DNA of 63,544 nucleotides, filler included. It is 5 parts of 5 records of this genome, joined end to end, with 100 filler letters (N's around TTAATTAATTAA, not from the genome) between each part and the next. Parts side by side here need not be neighbours in the genome. Positions count along the whole stretch, not along the records: positions 35,489 to 63,544 come from SRR31156797_3878; 4 more parts are not named here. One strand, given 5' to 3'. Positions 51,101 through 59,511 of this stretch are shown here, piece by piece (the first letter of the stretch is position 1; every line of letters starts with the position of its first letter). The notes beneath the pieces are model-generated. The model was not told the DNA's origin, made no database searches, and saw only the letters and a program-made list of their open reading frames with translations. Position numbers and translations under genes: made by a program.

Positions 51101-51419
51101 TCTCTTTAAAGCTGGTCGCATCGATACCAAAAGGATGGCGATGATTTTTGGAAACTATACAAAGAACACGTTCAAAGGCAAGTATACCGTTGAGTCAGGA
51201 GAAAAAGCCAAGGACTATTTCTATATCATAGCCAGTGGTTTTGCTTCTGCAGCAGAGGCTAAAAGTTACCTTACTAAAATTAATAGTAATAGCTTTTTAA
51301 TGCGCGAAATTTCCAGAACGCAGCATTATATGTGGGCTATTACCAATGATAATTACCTTAAACTAACAAATGAATCTAAGTTTGAGGATTATCAAAAATT
51401 CTATAAAACCAATTATTAA
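48129..51419 (+). CDS. sprE: T9SS/gliding lipoprotein SprE (PorW)
   Basis: Lipobox MWGC-STKRNT, YHNLTAHYNVFFNG, TPRs, WYFYN, WGSRKLEDNWRR; ATG 48129 preferred over the track start. Confidence 0.88.
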   Translation: MNFKKTYFLILLIVMWGCSTKRNTRLSRGYHNLTAHYNVFFNGNESFKEGTKAIEDGNKDDYSQVLAVFPESKEGSEQMASSQMDRAIEKGTKLIKKHSIRKKPEKRRDDQSIKYKKFLSQNEFNKWVDNAYLLIGKSQFYKKEYYQAQQTFAYMFREFQTGPEWYEAEIWNARTALELNDFALAKILLEEYDLEGKAPSSLFGLFAATYADFYIRQEMYEKAIPLMKEAVEGAWSKYYRRRFNFILAQLYHKQGEYVNAVKAYEAVIKSNPPYEMAFNAKVNRAGILFEEGGLEAVKKEIRKLLRDKRNMDYEDQIYYALAMAYKAEEQEDLAMDNFLLSIETSQNNNHQKGLSYFEISEIYYDKPSYKPAFYYLDTAVVNLNETYPGLDRIKERHGSLSDLVDNINQVEIQDSLIMVASMPEQQKLAFIDQLIEQEKIRQEEEKKSQEEEQSGNSFYDPSVTQAINQQNNTGNWYFYNPTSVGMGKMEFEKRWGSRKLEDNWRRANKQVVIEEPKDISNPDDVFGEDLPGSDSIANEAIQQAIDKEKANDPLQREAYLKNLPTSPEDIIVANKKIQDGLLNQGLIYKDELLDIPNAIKAFDELRTRYPDGYYKEDALMNLYLCYEVQGDAVGMANIKNQLIKEFPEGEFTAFLNDPDYFKKRDARNKQLEELYQQSYTDYLFNEFATPLANLEKAEKLDSENELLPKFKLLAALSNAKLGNLKGFTGELTEIKDNFPNSEVTPLAIEMLKLYTEGRTPVKGAVSSNLVARRNDAFAEEQKAIGNTGLAEDIATAYEVNHKAPHGLILLVNPEADLNRLKFNIADYNFSKFLLNDYEMGQKKLPDGAPVFTVSGFNNRLEALDYFYSIRERNEIFDVDELKDKKLYVIHDKNLEYLISSGDKDGYDVFFAENYLSADAFENLKRERLEEEALKQNTQQQNVQEIAVPENEMTQTPVTETTQAKVAVAKENTTPSQESSFVFEEGMHKAIILFKAGRIDTKRMAMIFGNYTKNTFKGKYTVESGEKAKDYFYIIASGFASAAEAKSYLTKINSNSFLMREISRTQHYMWAITNDNYLKLTNESKFEDYQKFYKTNY

Positions 51420-51429
51420 AACCGACACA

Positions 51430-52995
51430 ATGGTAGATCCTAAGAAAGTACATATTTTATGGGTGGATGATGAAATCGATTTATTAAAAGCTCATATTCT
51501 TTATTTAACCGAAAAAGGATTTGCTGTGCAAACTGCTACCAATGGTCAGGATGCCTTGGACATGGTAGATGAAGCACGATTTGATTTGATTTTTTTGGAC
51601 GAAAATATGCCCGGATTGAGTGGTCTGGAAATATTAAGTATGCTAAAAAATAAAATGCCGGAGGTTCCCGTGGTAATGATCACAAAGAGTGAGGAAGAGG
51701 ATATTATGGATCAGGCCATCGGCAGTAAAATATCAGATTACTTAATTAAGCCGGTTAATCCCAACCAAATTTTACTAACCATTAAAAAACATGTTGATCA
51801 GCGTAGATTGGTTGCTGAAAAAACAACCAGCAGTTATCAAACAGAATTTGGGAAAATAGGCCTGAAAATAAATGATTCCTATTCATATAAAGATTGGTCG
51901 GAAGTATACAAACAGCTCGTTTACTGGGAAATTGAACTGGAGGAAACCAAGGGCGAGATGGATGAGGTGCTCAAAATGCAAAAGAGTGAGGCCAACCATG
52001 CTTTTACCAAATTTATAAAACGGAATTATGTAGATTGGGTTAACCAACCGGATGAAAATTCTCCTTTGTTATCCAATCAATTGATGAAAGAAGTAGCTTT
52101 GCCTATGTTGGATAATGGGGAGAAAGTGGTAATGCTGGTCATCGATAATTTTAGGTTTGATCAATGGTTAATGATTAAGCCGGAAGTTCTGAAATCATTT
52201 CGTTTAGACAAAGAAGAGTTATACTGCAGTATTTTGCCTACAGCAACGCAATATGCCCGTAATAGTTTGTTTTCCGGTTTAATGCCGGCACAAATTAAAA
52301 GCATGTTTCCTCAATATTGGTTAGATGAACATGAAGAGGGTAGTAAAAATCAATACGAAGAAGAATTGATTGGTACTTTTATGGAGCGCTTTCGTAAGGA
52401 TTATTCTTACCATTACAGTAAGGTTAAGGATTTGGAATCCGGAAAGCAATTAATGGATAATTACAACCAACTTATCAGCAGCGATCTTTCGGTAGTGGTG
52501 TTTAATTTTGTAGATATGTTATCGCATGCACGTACGGAAAGTAAAATGATTAAAGAGTTAGCTTATGATGAGTCTGCTTATCGTTCGCTGAGTAAATCCT
52601 GGTTTTTGCATTCGGTAATGAAAGATTTGCTGCAAAAGCTGGAATCTGAAAATGTAAAAGTGATTATCACTACCGATCACGGAACAATTCGTGTAAAAAA
52701 TGCTTTAAAAGTAGTTGGAGATAGAAATACCAATACAAACCTGAGATATAAGCAAGGTAAAAACCTGGCATTTAAAGCAAAAGATGTTTTTGCAGGTTCA
52801 AAGCCGGAAGAATTGCAATTACCTAAGGTAAATGTCTCAACAAGTTATATTTTTGCAACCAATGATGATTTTTTAGCTTATCCAAACAATTATAACCATT
52901 ACGTGAGTTATTACAAGGATACTTTTCAACATGGAGGAATTTCTATGGAAGAAATGTTAATCCCTTATGTTGTTGTTACACCGAAGAATAGTTAG
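51430..52995 (+). CDS. porX: T9SS response regulator PorX (receiver plus PglZ/alkaline-phosphatase-like domain)
   Basis: ILWVDDEID, FLDENMPG, ILPTATQYARN, TTDHG, TFQHGGISMEEM; upstream of tsaE. Confidence 0.95.
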   Translation: MVDPKKVHILWVDDEIDLLKAHILYLTEKGFAVQTATNGQDALDMVDEARFDLIFLDENMPGLSGLEILSMLKNKMPEVPVVMITKSEEEDIMDQAIGSKISDYLIKPVNPNQILLTIKKHVDQRRLVAEKTTSSYQTEFGKIGLKINDSYSYKDWSEVYKQLVYWEIELEETKGEMDEVLKMQKSEANHAFTKFIKRNYVDWVNQPDENSPLLSNQLMKEVALPMLDNGEKVVMLVIDNFRFDQWLMIKPEVLKSFRLDKEELYCSILPTATQYARNSLFSGLMPAQIKSMFPQYWLDEHEEGSKNQYEEELIGTFMERFRKDYSYHYSKVKDLESGKQLMDNYNQLISSDLSVVVFNFVDMLSHARTESKMIKELAYDESAYRSLSKSWFLHSVMKDLLQKLESENVKVIITTDHGTIRVKNALKVVGDRNTNTNLRYKQGKNLAFKAKDVFAGSKPEELQLPKVNVSTSYIFATNDDFLAYPNNYNHYVSYYKDTFQHGGISMEEMLIPYVVVTPKNS

Positions 52996-52998
52996 CAT

Positions 52999-53421
52999 AT
53001 GTATACGTTTAATATTCCATCATTGGATAAACTGGATGAAGTTGCGGAAGAATTTCTAAACACATTTAAAGAACCTGCGGTATTTTGTTTTTATGGTTCT
53101 ATGGGAGCCGGTAAAACAACTTTTATTCAGGCACTGTGTAGAAAATTAAATGTGGTGGACGTGGTCAATAGTCCTTCGTTTGCCATTGTAAACGAATACA
53201 ATACCGATGAGGAAGATTCGGTTTATCATTTTGATTTTTATCGGTTAAAGGAAGAAGAAGAAGCCTTTGACCTGGGGTACGAAGATTATTTCTACTCCAA
53301 CAGTTATTGCTTTGTGGAATGGCCGGAGAAAATAGCATCACTTCTACCTCAAAAAAGATATGATGTAAGCGTGACTGTTTTAGATGATTTTTCACGCGAA
53401 ATCAAGGTGTCTAAACCATAA
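52999..53421 (+). CDS. tsaE: t6A biosynthesis ATPase TsaE
   Basis: GSMGAGKTTF, SPSFAIVNEY, HFDFYRL, FVEWPE. Confidence 0.97.
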   Translation: MYTFNIPSLDKLDEVAEEFLNTFKEPAVFCFYGSMGAGKTTFIQALCRKLNVVDVVNSPSFAIVNEYNTDEEDSVYHFDFYRLKEEEEAFDLGYEDYFYSNSYCFVEWPEKIASLLPQKRYDVSVTVLDDFSREIKVSKP

Positions 53422-56271
53422 TTATTCCTCAGTTCCAGTAGACGAATAATATCCGGGAATTCCATTAAACGATATCCCATTAATAGTGACTTTACATTCT
53501 TTATTTAAAGAAAAAGGAAGCTGAATAATAGCTTTCCCATTATTGTTGGTTACAATATGTGGATTCCAGTATATAGTGGGTTGGTTTAGTAATTGCTTGT
53601 AATCTATTCTGTCGTCGGAAGGAATATAAAACTTTTTAGGAGATGTAAAACCATGTAGTATCAAGCGCATGGTATTTTCAATAATCGTTTGCTGAAAGAT
53701 GCCTTGTCCTGTTCTTGTTTTAACAGAAACGATAATTTCTTTAGAAGCGGGTTGATACAGAATAGGATCGTTAGCCAGATAGTAAGGAACATATTTAGGC
53801 ATGCAATATAATTCATCTTCCATTTTCCTTTCTGTGGATAGATCAACAAGGGGTGATATTTTGGGATTTGTAATTACTCCAATGGATTTAATCTGTTTTA
53901 CATCCATTGTTGCGATATAATTATCTTTAAGCCATTCAATTTGCCCTAGATGGTTGGTTGATCCAGCCAATTCTCCATCTACATAAAAATATAAACGGGT
54001 ATTAGCATTTCCATTGTATAATAATCTATAAAATTGCCTGCTATAGTCGTAGTCGTTTGCATCCATTGAAGTCATTTGGGTAAAAGATAAGTTTCTGAAA
54101 GGATCGGTTCTTGATGTTTGGTTAGAAGCATCAATATTGGACTCTTCCAATTTTCTATCCTTTGTAGGACCTAATAAGTTGGCAATTTTTAGTTCGCCAT
54201 TTGTTGGTCCGGCATTTTCAACTCTAATCTTAATGTCGTCAATTACTTTATCCAAAATGCTAAATAAACCGGTATTCCACTTATTTTTTTCTTCAGTTAA
54301 AGCAATACTGGTTGAAGGGATAATATAATCTTCAGAGCCAAAACGATCTTGCATTTTTTCCACCTTGCTTTTTCGCCATACTTTTTCGATATCAATAGAT
54401 TCTAAAAGAACATCGCTTGTATCTACAAAAAACTCATTTTTCTGAATTTTATCGATAATGTTTAGTTTTTCATTGGAAAGAAGGGGTGTTGTTTTTGCCG
54501 CCAGAATCTCCTTCATGTTTATTTTTTGCTGTATCTTTTTATTTCCAATCTCAGAAGTATTTCCCATTGGATTGTATGAGTGATCAATGATCATATTAGA
54601 CTCCAAATCAAGGTTGATGTTTTTAAGCAATCGGTCTTTTTTTTCATCCTTGGCTTGAATTAAAATATCCTTTGAGCCATAAAAGAATTCCAGAGGTAAA
54701 GAAAAATAGCCTGAATCGTTTAATGCAAGTTGATGAGAGAATACTAAGTTGCGACCTGCAAAATTAACCATATTAAGAATGGTGTTGTCTGGCACATCTT
54801 TTTCCGAATAGCGATTTTTTAGCCGACCATTAAAATAAAAACCTTCTTCAAATGATTTTTCTTGATCTGATTCAACAGCATTAGAAACTTCATTCCAGGT
54901 ATATTTTCGCCAGGCATTGGTAAGCATGCTTAGTTCTCTTTTATAATGCGATGCTTTGTCATTTTTGAAAAAATAGGAGCAATCTTTTTCTAAACCAGGT
55001 ATTTCAGAATGCAAGTATGTATGGTAAATTATATTCGGAGCAATTTTGCTGGTGTCGTTTATAAAAGATGGGTTAGTAACAGAAAGTGCAAAACTTCCCG
55101 ACATAGGTCGATTTAAGCTATCGGTACTATAAATTTCCATTTCTCCACCCTTATTTGTGAAATGGATGTTTAGCTTATTTGCCTTAGGCATAAAAACCAA
55201 TCTTTCGCAATGTGGTTTAAATTGAGGGTCAAATAAAGTAAGCTGAATAATGCCTCCAGGAAGATTGGATTTAGGAATTTTAATATAGGCCTCTGTTTTG
55301 TCCATCTTTTGCTTATGCAGATGCAAAACGTTATATCGTTGAACGACACTAAGCAAAGTTTCTGATCCCAGAAGTTCATGAGAACACTGTATTTTTATTA
55401 ATAAATCGTCGCTATTATATTTGTTATCTACTTGCATTGTAAAACCATTTTCAAGAATGTGTGGTAATTCAAAAGCAAGTGTATCTCCCGAAGCCAGAAA
55501 GATCTTTGCCGTATATTGATCTTCGATATCCGGTGTAAAACTAAAAGAGCCTTTGTTATTAAATTCAGGAGCTAAATAGGCTACAAACTCACCCTTTTTA
55601 TTGACGATTTGCCCAGTGAATTGATGGTTTGTTCCAGACCTATTTTCAGCAAGAAAAGCTACTTTGTGGGGAATGCCATTTACAAGTTGTCCTCCTTCTG
55701 GGAAAAAGTGAATTTTAAAAGCTGGAGACAAACTTGCCTTTTTGGTTTTAACAGCAAGGTGTTTTTCGTTTTGAGAAGGAATAGAGTTTTCTGAATGTAT
55801 TTTTGTTTTTTTGTTAGAAGTTGAGACAGGTAAGTTGTATAATGTGATTTCCTTTTTGAAAATTAAGTCAGGACTTTGCTTAAGCATGTGGCTGGTGTAG
55901 GCAGCTAAAGTAAACTTACCTCCAGTTAAACTTTGAGGTATTTGAAATTGACCATAGCTTTTCCCCTGTTCAACTCTAAACATTTTTTTTAATGTAGTGG
56001 GCAAATACTTTGAAGATAATTCCAGATATAGGATTTTTTCGCCTTCTTCTGCATAATGAAAATTGTCATCAGTTAACCAGGCACTAAACCAAAGTGTGTC
56101 GCCGGTAAAATATTCTTCACGATCAGTTTGAATAAACAGTTTTTCACCGTAGAATTCATATTCAAAAGTACTGAGTTTTTCCTGTAGCTGCCCATTTACA
56201 TCTACTCCAAAATAGACTAACAAGCCAAATAAGATGCATTTTAATAAACAATGAAATATGGAATTCCTCAT
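53422..56271 (-). CDS. Exported macroglobulin (MG2)-like protein with plug-like insert, paralog 1
   Basis: EKLFIQTDREEYFTGDTLWF, FFPEGG, CERLVF, LTNAWRKYTW, TIYWNP, INGIS..G.PG. Confidence 0.8.
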   Translation of the reverse strand: MRNSIFHCLLKCILFGLLVYFGVDVNGQLQEKLSTFEYEFYGEKLFIQTDREEYFTGDTLWFSAWLTDDNFHYAEEGEKILYLELSSKYLPTTLKKMFRVEQGKSYGQFQIPQSLTGGKFTLAAYTSHMLKQSPDLIFKKEITLYNLPVSTSNKKTKIHSENSIPSQNEKHLAVKTKKASLSPAFKIHFFPEGGQLVNGIPHKVAFLAENRSGTNHQFTGQIVNKKGEFVAYLAPEFNNKGSFSFTPDIEDQYTAKIFLASGDTLAFELPHILENGFTMQVDNKYNSDDLLIKIQCSHELLGSETLLSVVQRYNVLHLHKQKMDKTEAYIKIPKSNLPGGIIQLTLFDPQFKPHCERLVFMPKANKLNIHFTNKGGEMEIYSTDSLNRPMSGSFALSVTNPSFINDTSKIAPNIIYHTYLHSEIPGLEKDCSYFFKNDKASHYKRELSMLTNAWRKYTWNEVSNAVESDQEKSFEEGFYFNGRLKNRYSEKDVPDNTILNMVNFAGRNLVFSHQLALNDSGYFSLPLEFFYGSKDILIQAKDEKKDRLLKNINLDLESNMIIDHSYNPMGNTSEIGNKKIQQKINMKEILAAKTTPLLSNEKLNIIDKIQKNEFFVDTSDVLLESIDIEKVWRKSKVEKMQDRFGSEDYIIPSTSIALTEEKNKWNTGLFSILDKVIDDIKIRVENAGPTNGELKIANLLGPTKDRKLEESNIDASNQTSRTDPFRNLSFTQMTSMDANDYDYSRQFYRLLYNGNANTRLYFYVDGELAGSTNHLGQIEWLKDNYIATMDVKQIKSIGVITNPKISPLVDLSTERKMEDELYCMPKYVPYYLANDPILYQPASKEIIVSVKTRTGQGIFQQTIIENTMRLILHGFTSPKKFYIPSDDRIDYKQLLNQPTIYWNPHIVTNNNGKAIIQLPFSLNKECKVTINGISFNGIPGYYSSTGTEE

Positions 56272-56298
56272 GTCGTTCTTGCTGTCAAATGGTTGAAA

Positions 56299-59052
56299 TT
56301 ATTCTATGTTTTTTACCAAAGTGTGCCCCGGTGTTCCGGAATAAGATATGCCATTAATATTGATTTGGCATTCTTTACTTAAGTTAAATGGCATTGGAAC
56401 AGTAGCTTCTCCATTTTTATCTGTAATAATGTTAGGATTCCAATAAACAGTAGGTCGTTCTAATAATTTTTGCTTATCAACGTAATCGTATAAGGGGGTG
56501 TAGAACTCTTTAGGATAGGAGAATCCGTGAATCATCATACTCATTGTTTTTTCGCTTGGCGGACGGCTAAAAATACCTTTACCCGTTTTTGTTTCAATTG
56601 AAATAATATGCTCTGGCGCATTGATATAAACCGCGGGATTATTGTTTCGAATATAGGGTAGATATCTTTTTATGCAATAAATTTCATCATCAGTTTTTCC
56701 TGCTCCAAGCGCATCTCCTAGTGCAGGCATGGGTGGGTTTTCGATAAAGCCAACATATTTAATTATCCGCATATCCAAAGATTGTAACATGTCGTTTTTA
56801 ATCCAGTCTACCTGACCATAATGATTGGTAAAAGCAGCTAAGTCTCCATCCACATATATGTAAATACGGTTGAAGGTTTTATTGTTATACATTAAGCGGT
56901 AAAAATCGCGATGGTAGCTGTATTCACATGCAGTATCACCAATTGGCGGAAGCGGTTGACCTTTAAAAGGATTTATTCGTGTATATGGATCTTCTAATTG
57001 AACAACAAGTCCAGGTATTAACTTGTCTAATACACTCATAACACCAGAGTTCCATCTGTTTTGTTCATCAATAAGGGAAACCATTTTCGTACTCACTTTA
57101 TAGTCGCTTAAACCATATTTACTTTTGAGTATTTCCATCAGGCTTTTTTCGCGTTTAGCAGTTACGTTTACAGTTTCAATTTGTACATCGGTGGTATCAA
57201 TAAAAAAGTCGTTTTTTTGTATTTTCTCCAGCGTAGTAATTTTGCTTTTGGGGATGCTGGCTTTGGTTGCGTTTTCTTTTAACTGTTTATCGTAAATGTA
57301 AGCTTGTGGAGCTGGTTCATCGATTAGTTTTATGTTGGTTTGCAGATTATAAGAATCATCTAAAATTAAATTAGAAGAAAGTTCAAGATTAATTCCACCT
57401 AAAGGCTTTTGTTTTTTAAAATGCTTGGCTTGCATAAACACTTTGTATGTGCCATAGAAATAATCAAAAGGGATTTCGAAGGCACCGGAGCTATCAATAA
57501 ATGTTGTTTCAATAAATTTTAAATCACCGGTAAAAAGACTTAATTCAGTATCCTCCGGCATAGTTTCTCCTTTGTATCGGTTTTTTATAACACCAGATAA
57601 ATAAAAGCCGGGCTCAATCTTTTTTTGAACGGTTGAAATATCCTTATTCAGAATTTGATCCCAGCTATATTTTCGCCAACCATTAGTTAGTAGCGTCAGT
57701 TCACTTTTTAAGTGCGAAGCCCGGTCGTCGGCATAAAAATAATCGCAATCGGGTTCTAAACCGGGAAGTTCAGAACGTAGGTTTAAATAGCGGCTGATAT
57801 TGGAACAAATAGTATTCGTATCGTTAATGAAACTTTTGTTGGTGACTGATATGGCAAAATTACCTTGAGCAGGTTGATCGTTGGGATAGGTAGTTTTTAT
57901 TTGTAAAGAATCTTCCTGACGACTCACAGATACCTGGAGTTGTTTTTGATTATTAATAAAAACTAATCGTTCGCATATGGGTTTAAAATGCTTGTTAAAT
58001 AGTGTGAGTTGGATAAGGCCATCGGGCAGTTGTTTTTTGGAAACCTTCATTATAAATTGATTGCCCGTCATGTATATTTTATTTAAGCCAAGCAACTGAT
58101 AACGATGAACAGCGGCCAGATAAACAGAATCTCCAATAAGATCAGGCGAACAAAAAACTTTTATTTGCATTTCATCTATAGCGTGTTTGTCTTCCACCAG
58201 TAAGCTATATCCTTGAGCTTGAACTTCCGGAAAATCCATTATTAATGAGTCGCCATTGTTACATTTGATTTTTACTTTGTATGTTTCATTGGCATCCGGA
58301 GTAAAGTAAAAATAGCCTCTGTTTTTAAAGGATGGCTGAATAAAGGCTGCAAATTCGTTATTCTTATTTAAAACCTGTCCAGAAAAATCGGCACGCCTGC
58401 TGATACTATCCTCTGCTATAAAAGCCACTTTAGTAGGAATGCCGTGCACCAAAGATCCACCTTCCGGCATTAGAGAAAATTGAAACGAAGAGTTTGGTTT
58501 TGTTTTTCTAGAGGTTTCTTGTGTTGTGGATGCGGAAGATTTTTTTGCAGTACTTTTCCTTACGGGAACATTGATGATTGGCTCATTATCATCCAGACTG
58601 TATAATGTAATTTTCTTTTGAAATATAGATTTCGGATGCTGCTTTTTTAAGAATGGGGTATAGGCTGATAGAGTATATTTTCCATTGTATAATCCCTGAG
58701 GAAGCATAAACTGACCGAAGCTTCTGCCGTTTTTAATCTCAAATACCCGTTTAAATGTTTCTGTTTGATCTTCGGGACAAAGTTCCAGGTAAAGCACCTT
58801 TTCATCTAAAATGGCCTGGTGGTTAATGTCGTTGACTAACCAGGCACTATACCATAAGGTATCGCCTAAAAAATACTCTTCTCTATCAGTTTGTACAAAT
58901 AGTTTTTCTCCCTGATTTTTTTTAGCAAACTGAATTAATTGATTTTGTATTTGACCTGAAGCCTGAATTGTAAAGCAAAGGCAAATAAGGATAAATAGAG
59001 GAGGCAGCCAATAATGCTTAATGCCAGGAGAGATGGGTAGCTTACTGAACAT
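56299..59052 (-). CDS. Exported macroglobulin (MG2)-like protein with plug-like insert, paralog 2
   Basis: Same ordered motifs: EKLFVQTDREEY, PEGG, CERLVF, LTNGWRKYSW, TVYWNP, INGIS. Confidence 0.8.
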   Translation of the reverse strand: MFSKLPISPGIKHYWLPPLFILICLCFTIQASGQIQNQLIQFAKKNQGEKLFVQTDREEYFLGDTLWYSAWLVNDINHQAILDEKVLYLELCPEDQTETFKRVFEIKNGRSFGQFMLPQGLYNGKYTLSAYTPFLKKQHPKSIFQKKITLYSLDDNEPIINVPVRKSTAKKSSASTTQETSRKTKPNSSFQFSLMPEGGSLVHGIPTKVAFIAEDSISRRADFSGQVLNKNNEFAAFIQPSFKNRGYFYFTPDANETYKVKIKCNNGDSLIMDFPEVQAQGYSLLVEDKHAIDEMQIKVFCSPDLIGDSVYLAAVHRYQLLGLNKIYMTGNQFIMKVSKKQLPDGLIQLTLFNKHFKPICERLVFINNQKQLQVSVSRQEDSLQIKTTYPNDQPAQGNFAISVTNKSFINDTNTICSNISRYLNLRSELPGLEPDCDYFYADDRASHLKSELTLLTNGWRKYSWDQILNKDISTVQKKIEPGFYLSGVIKNRYKGETMPEDTELSLFTGDLKFIETTFIDSSGAFEIPFDYFYGTYKVFMQAKHFKKQKPLGGINLELSSNLILDDSYNLQTNIKLIDEPAPQAYIYDKQLKENATKASIPKSKITTLEKIQKNDFFIDTTDVQIETVNVTAKREKSLMEILKSKYGLSDYKVSTKMVSLIDEQNRWNSGVMSVLDKLIPGLVVQLEDPYTRINPFKGQPLPPIGDTACEYSYHRDFYRLMYNNKTFNRIYIYVDGDLAAFTNHYGQVDWIKNDMLQSLDMRIIKYVGFIENPPMPALGDALGAGKTDDEIYCIKRYLPYIRNNNPAVYINAPEHIISIETKTGKGIFSRPPSEKTMSMMIHGFSYPKEFYTPLYDYVDKQKLLERPTVYWNPNIITDKNGEATVPMPFNLSKECQININGISYSGTPGHTLVKNIE

Positions 59053-59300
59053 AAATGTAGATTTTAAGGATTGTAGATTTTAAATATACATAACGCTAAC
59101 AATATGTATACCAAAATGATCTTAAAAATTTAGTTCTTGTTATAGCTTAGTCAATTATATTAATTAATACATATTATTAGTATGTAGTAGTATCATATCT
59201 GAAGAGTGATATGTGCTTCGAAATATGATAGTGGAAATTTTATAATACTTGGTATAATATTTGTTTATGTTCATGAACGTTAATGCTCTAGTTTTAATTT

Positions 59301-59462
59301 ATGAGATTGATCTACAGACTTCTATTTTCCTTCTTTGTTTTCAGAGGCAATAGTCAAATTTCATTAAAAGGTGTTATTAAAGATAGTTCTACAGGGAAGC
59401 CGATTCCATACACTACAATATATGTATGTGGTACAACTATAGGTATCTTATCTGGAGAATGA
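59301..59462 (+). pseudogene. Truncated carboxypeptidase-regulatory-like domain gene remnant (53 codons)
   Basis: Manual translation MRLIYRLLFSFFVFRGNSQISLKGVIKDSSTGKPIPYTTIYVCGTTIGILSGE*, resembling the G.V.D..TG.PIP...I...GT..G start of CarboxypepD_reg domains. Confidence 0.65.
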
Positions 59463-59511
59463 TATAGTATCAATTTGAATCCGTTTTTGTCTAATACATC
59501 CCAAATCTAAC

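Noticed and set aside
51430-52995. PglZ-like domain suggesting BREX defence
   Set aside because: Receiver-PglZ fusion upstream of tsaE is the standard PorX; no other brx genes.
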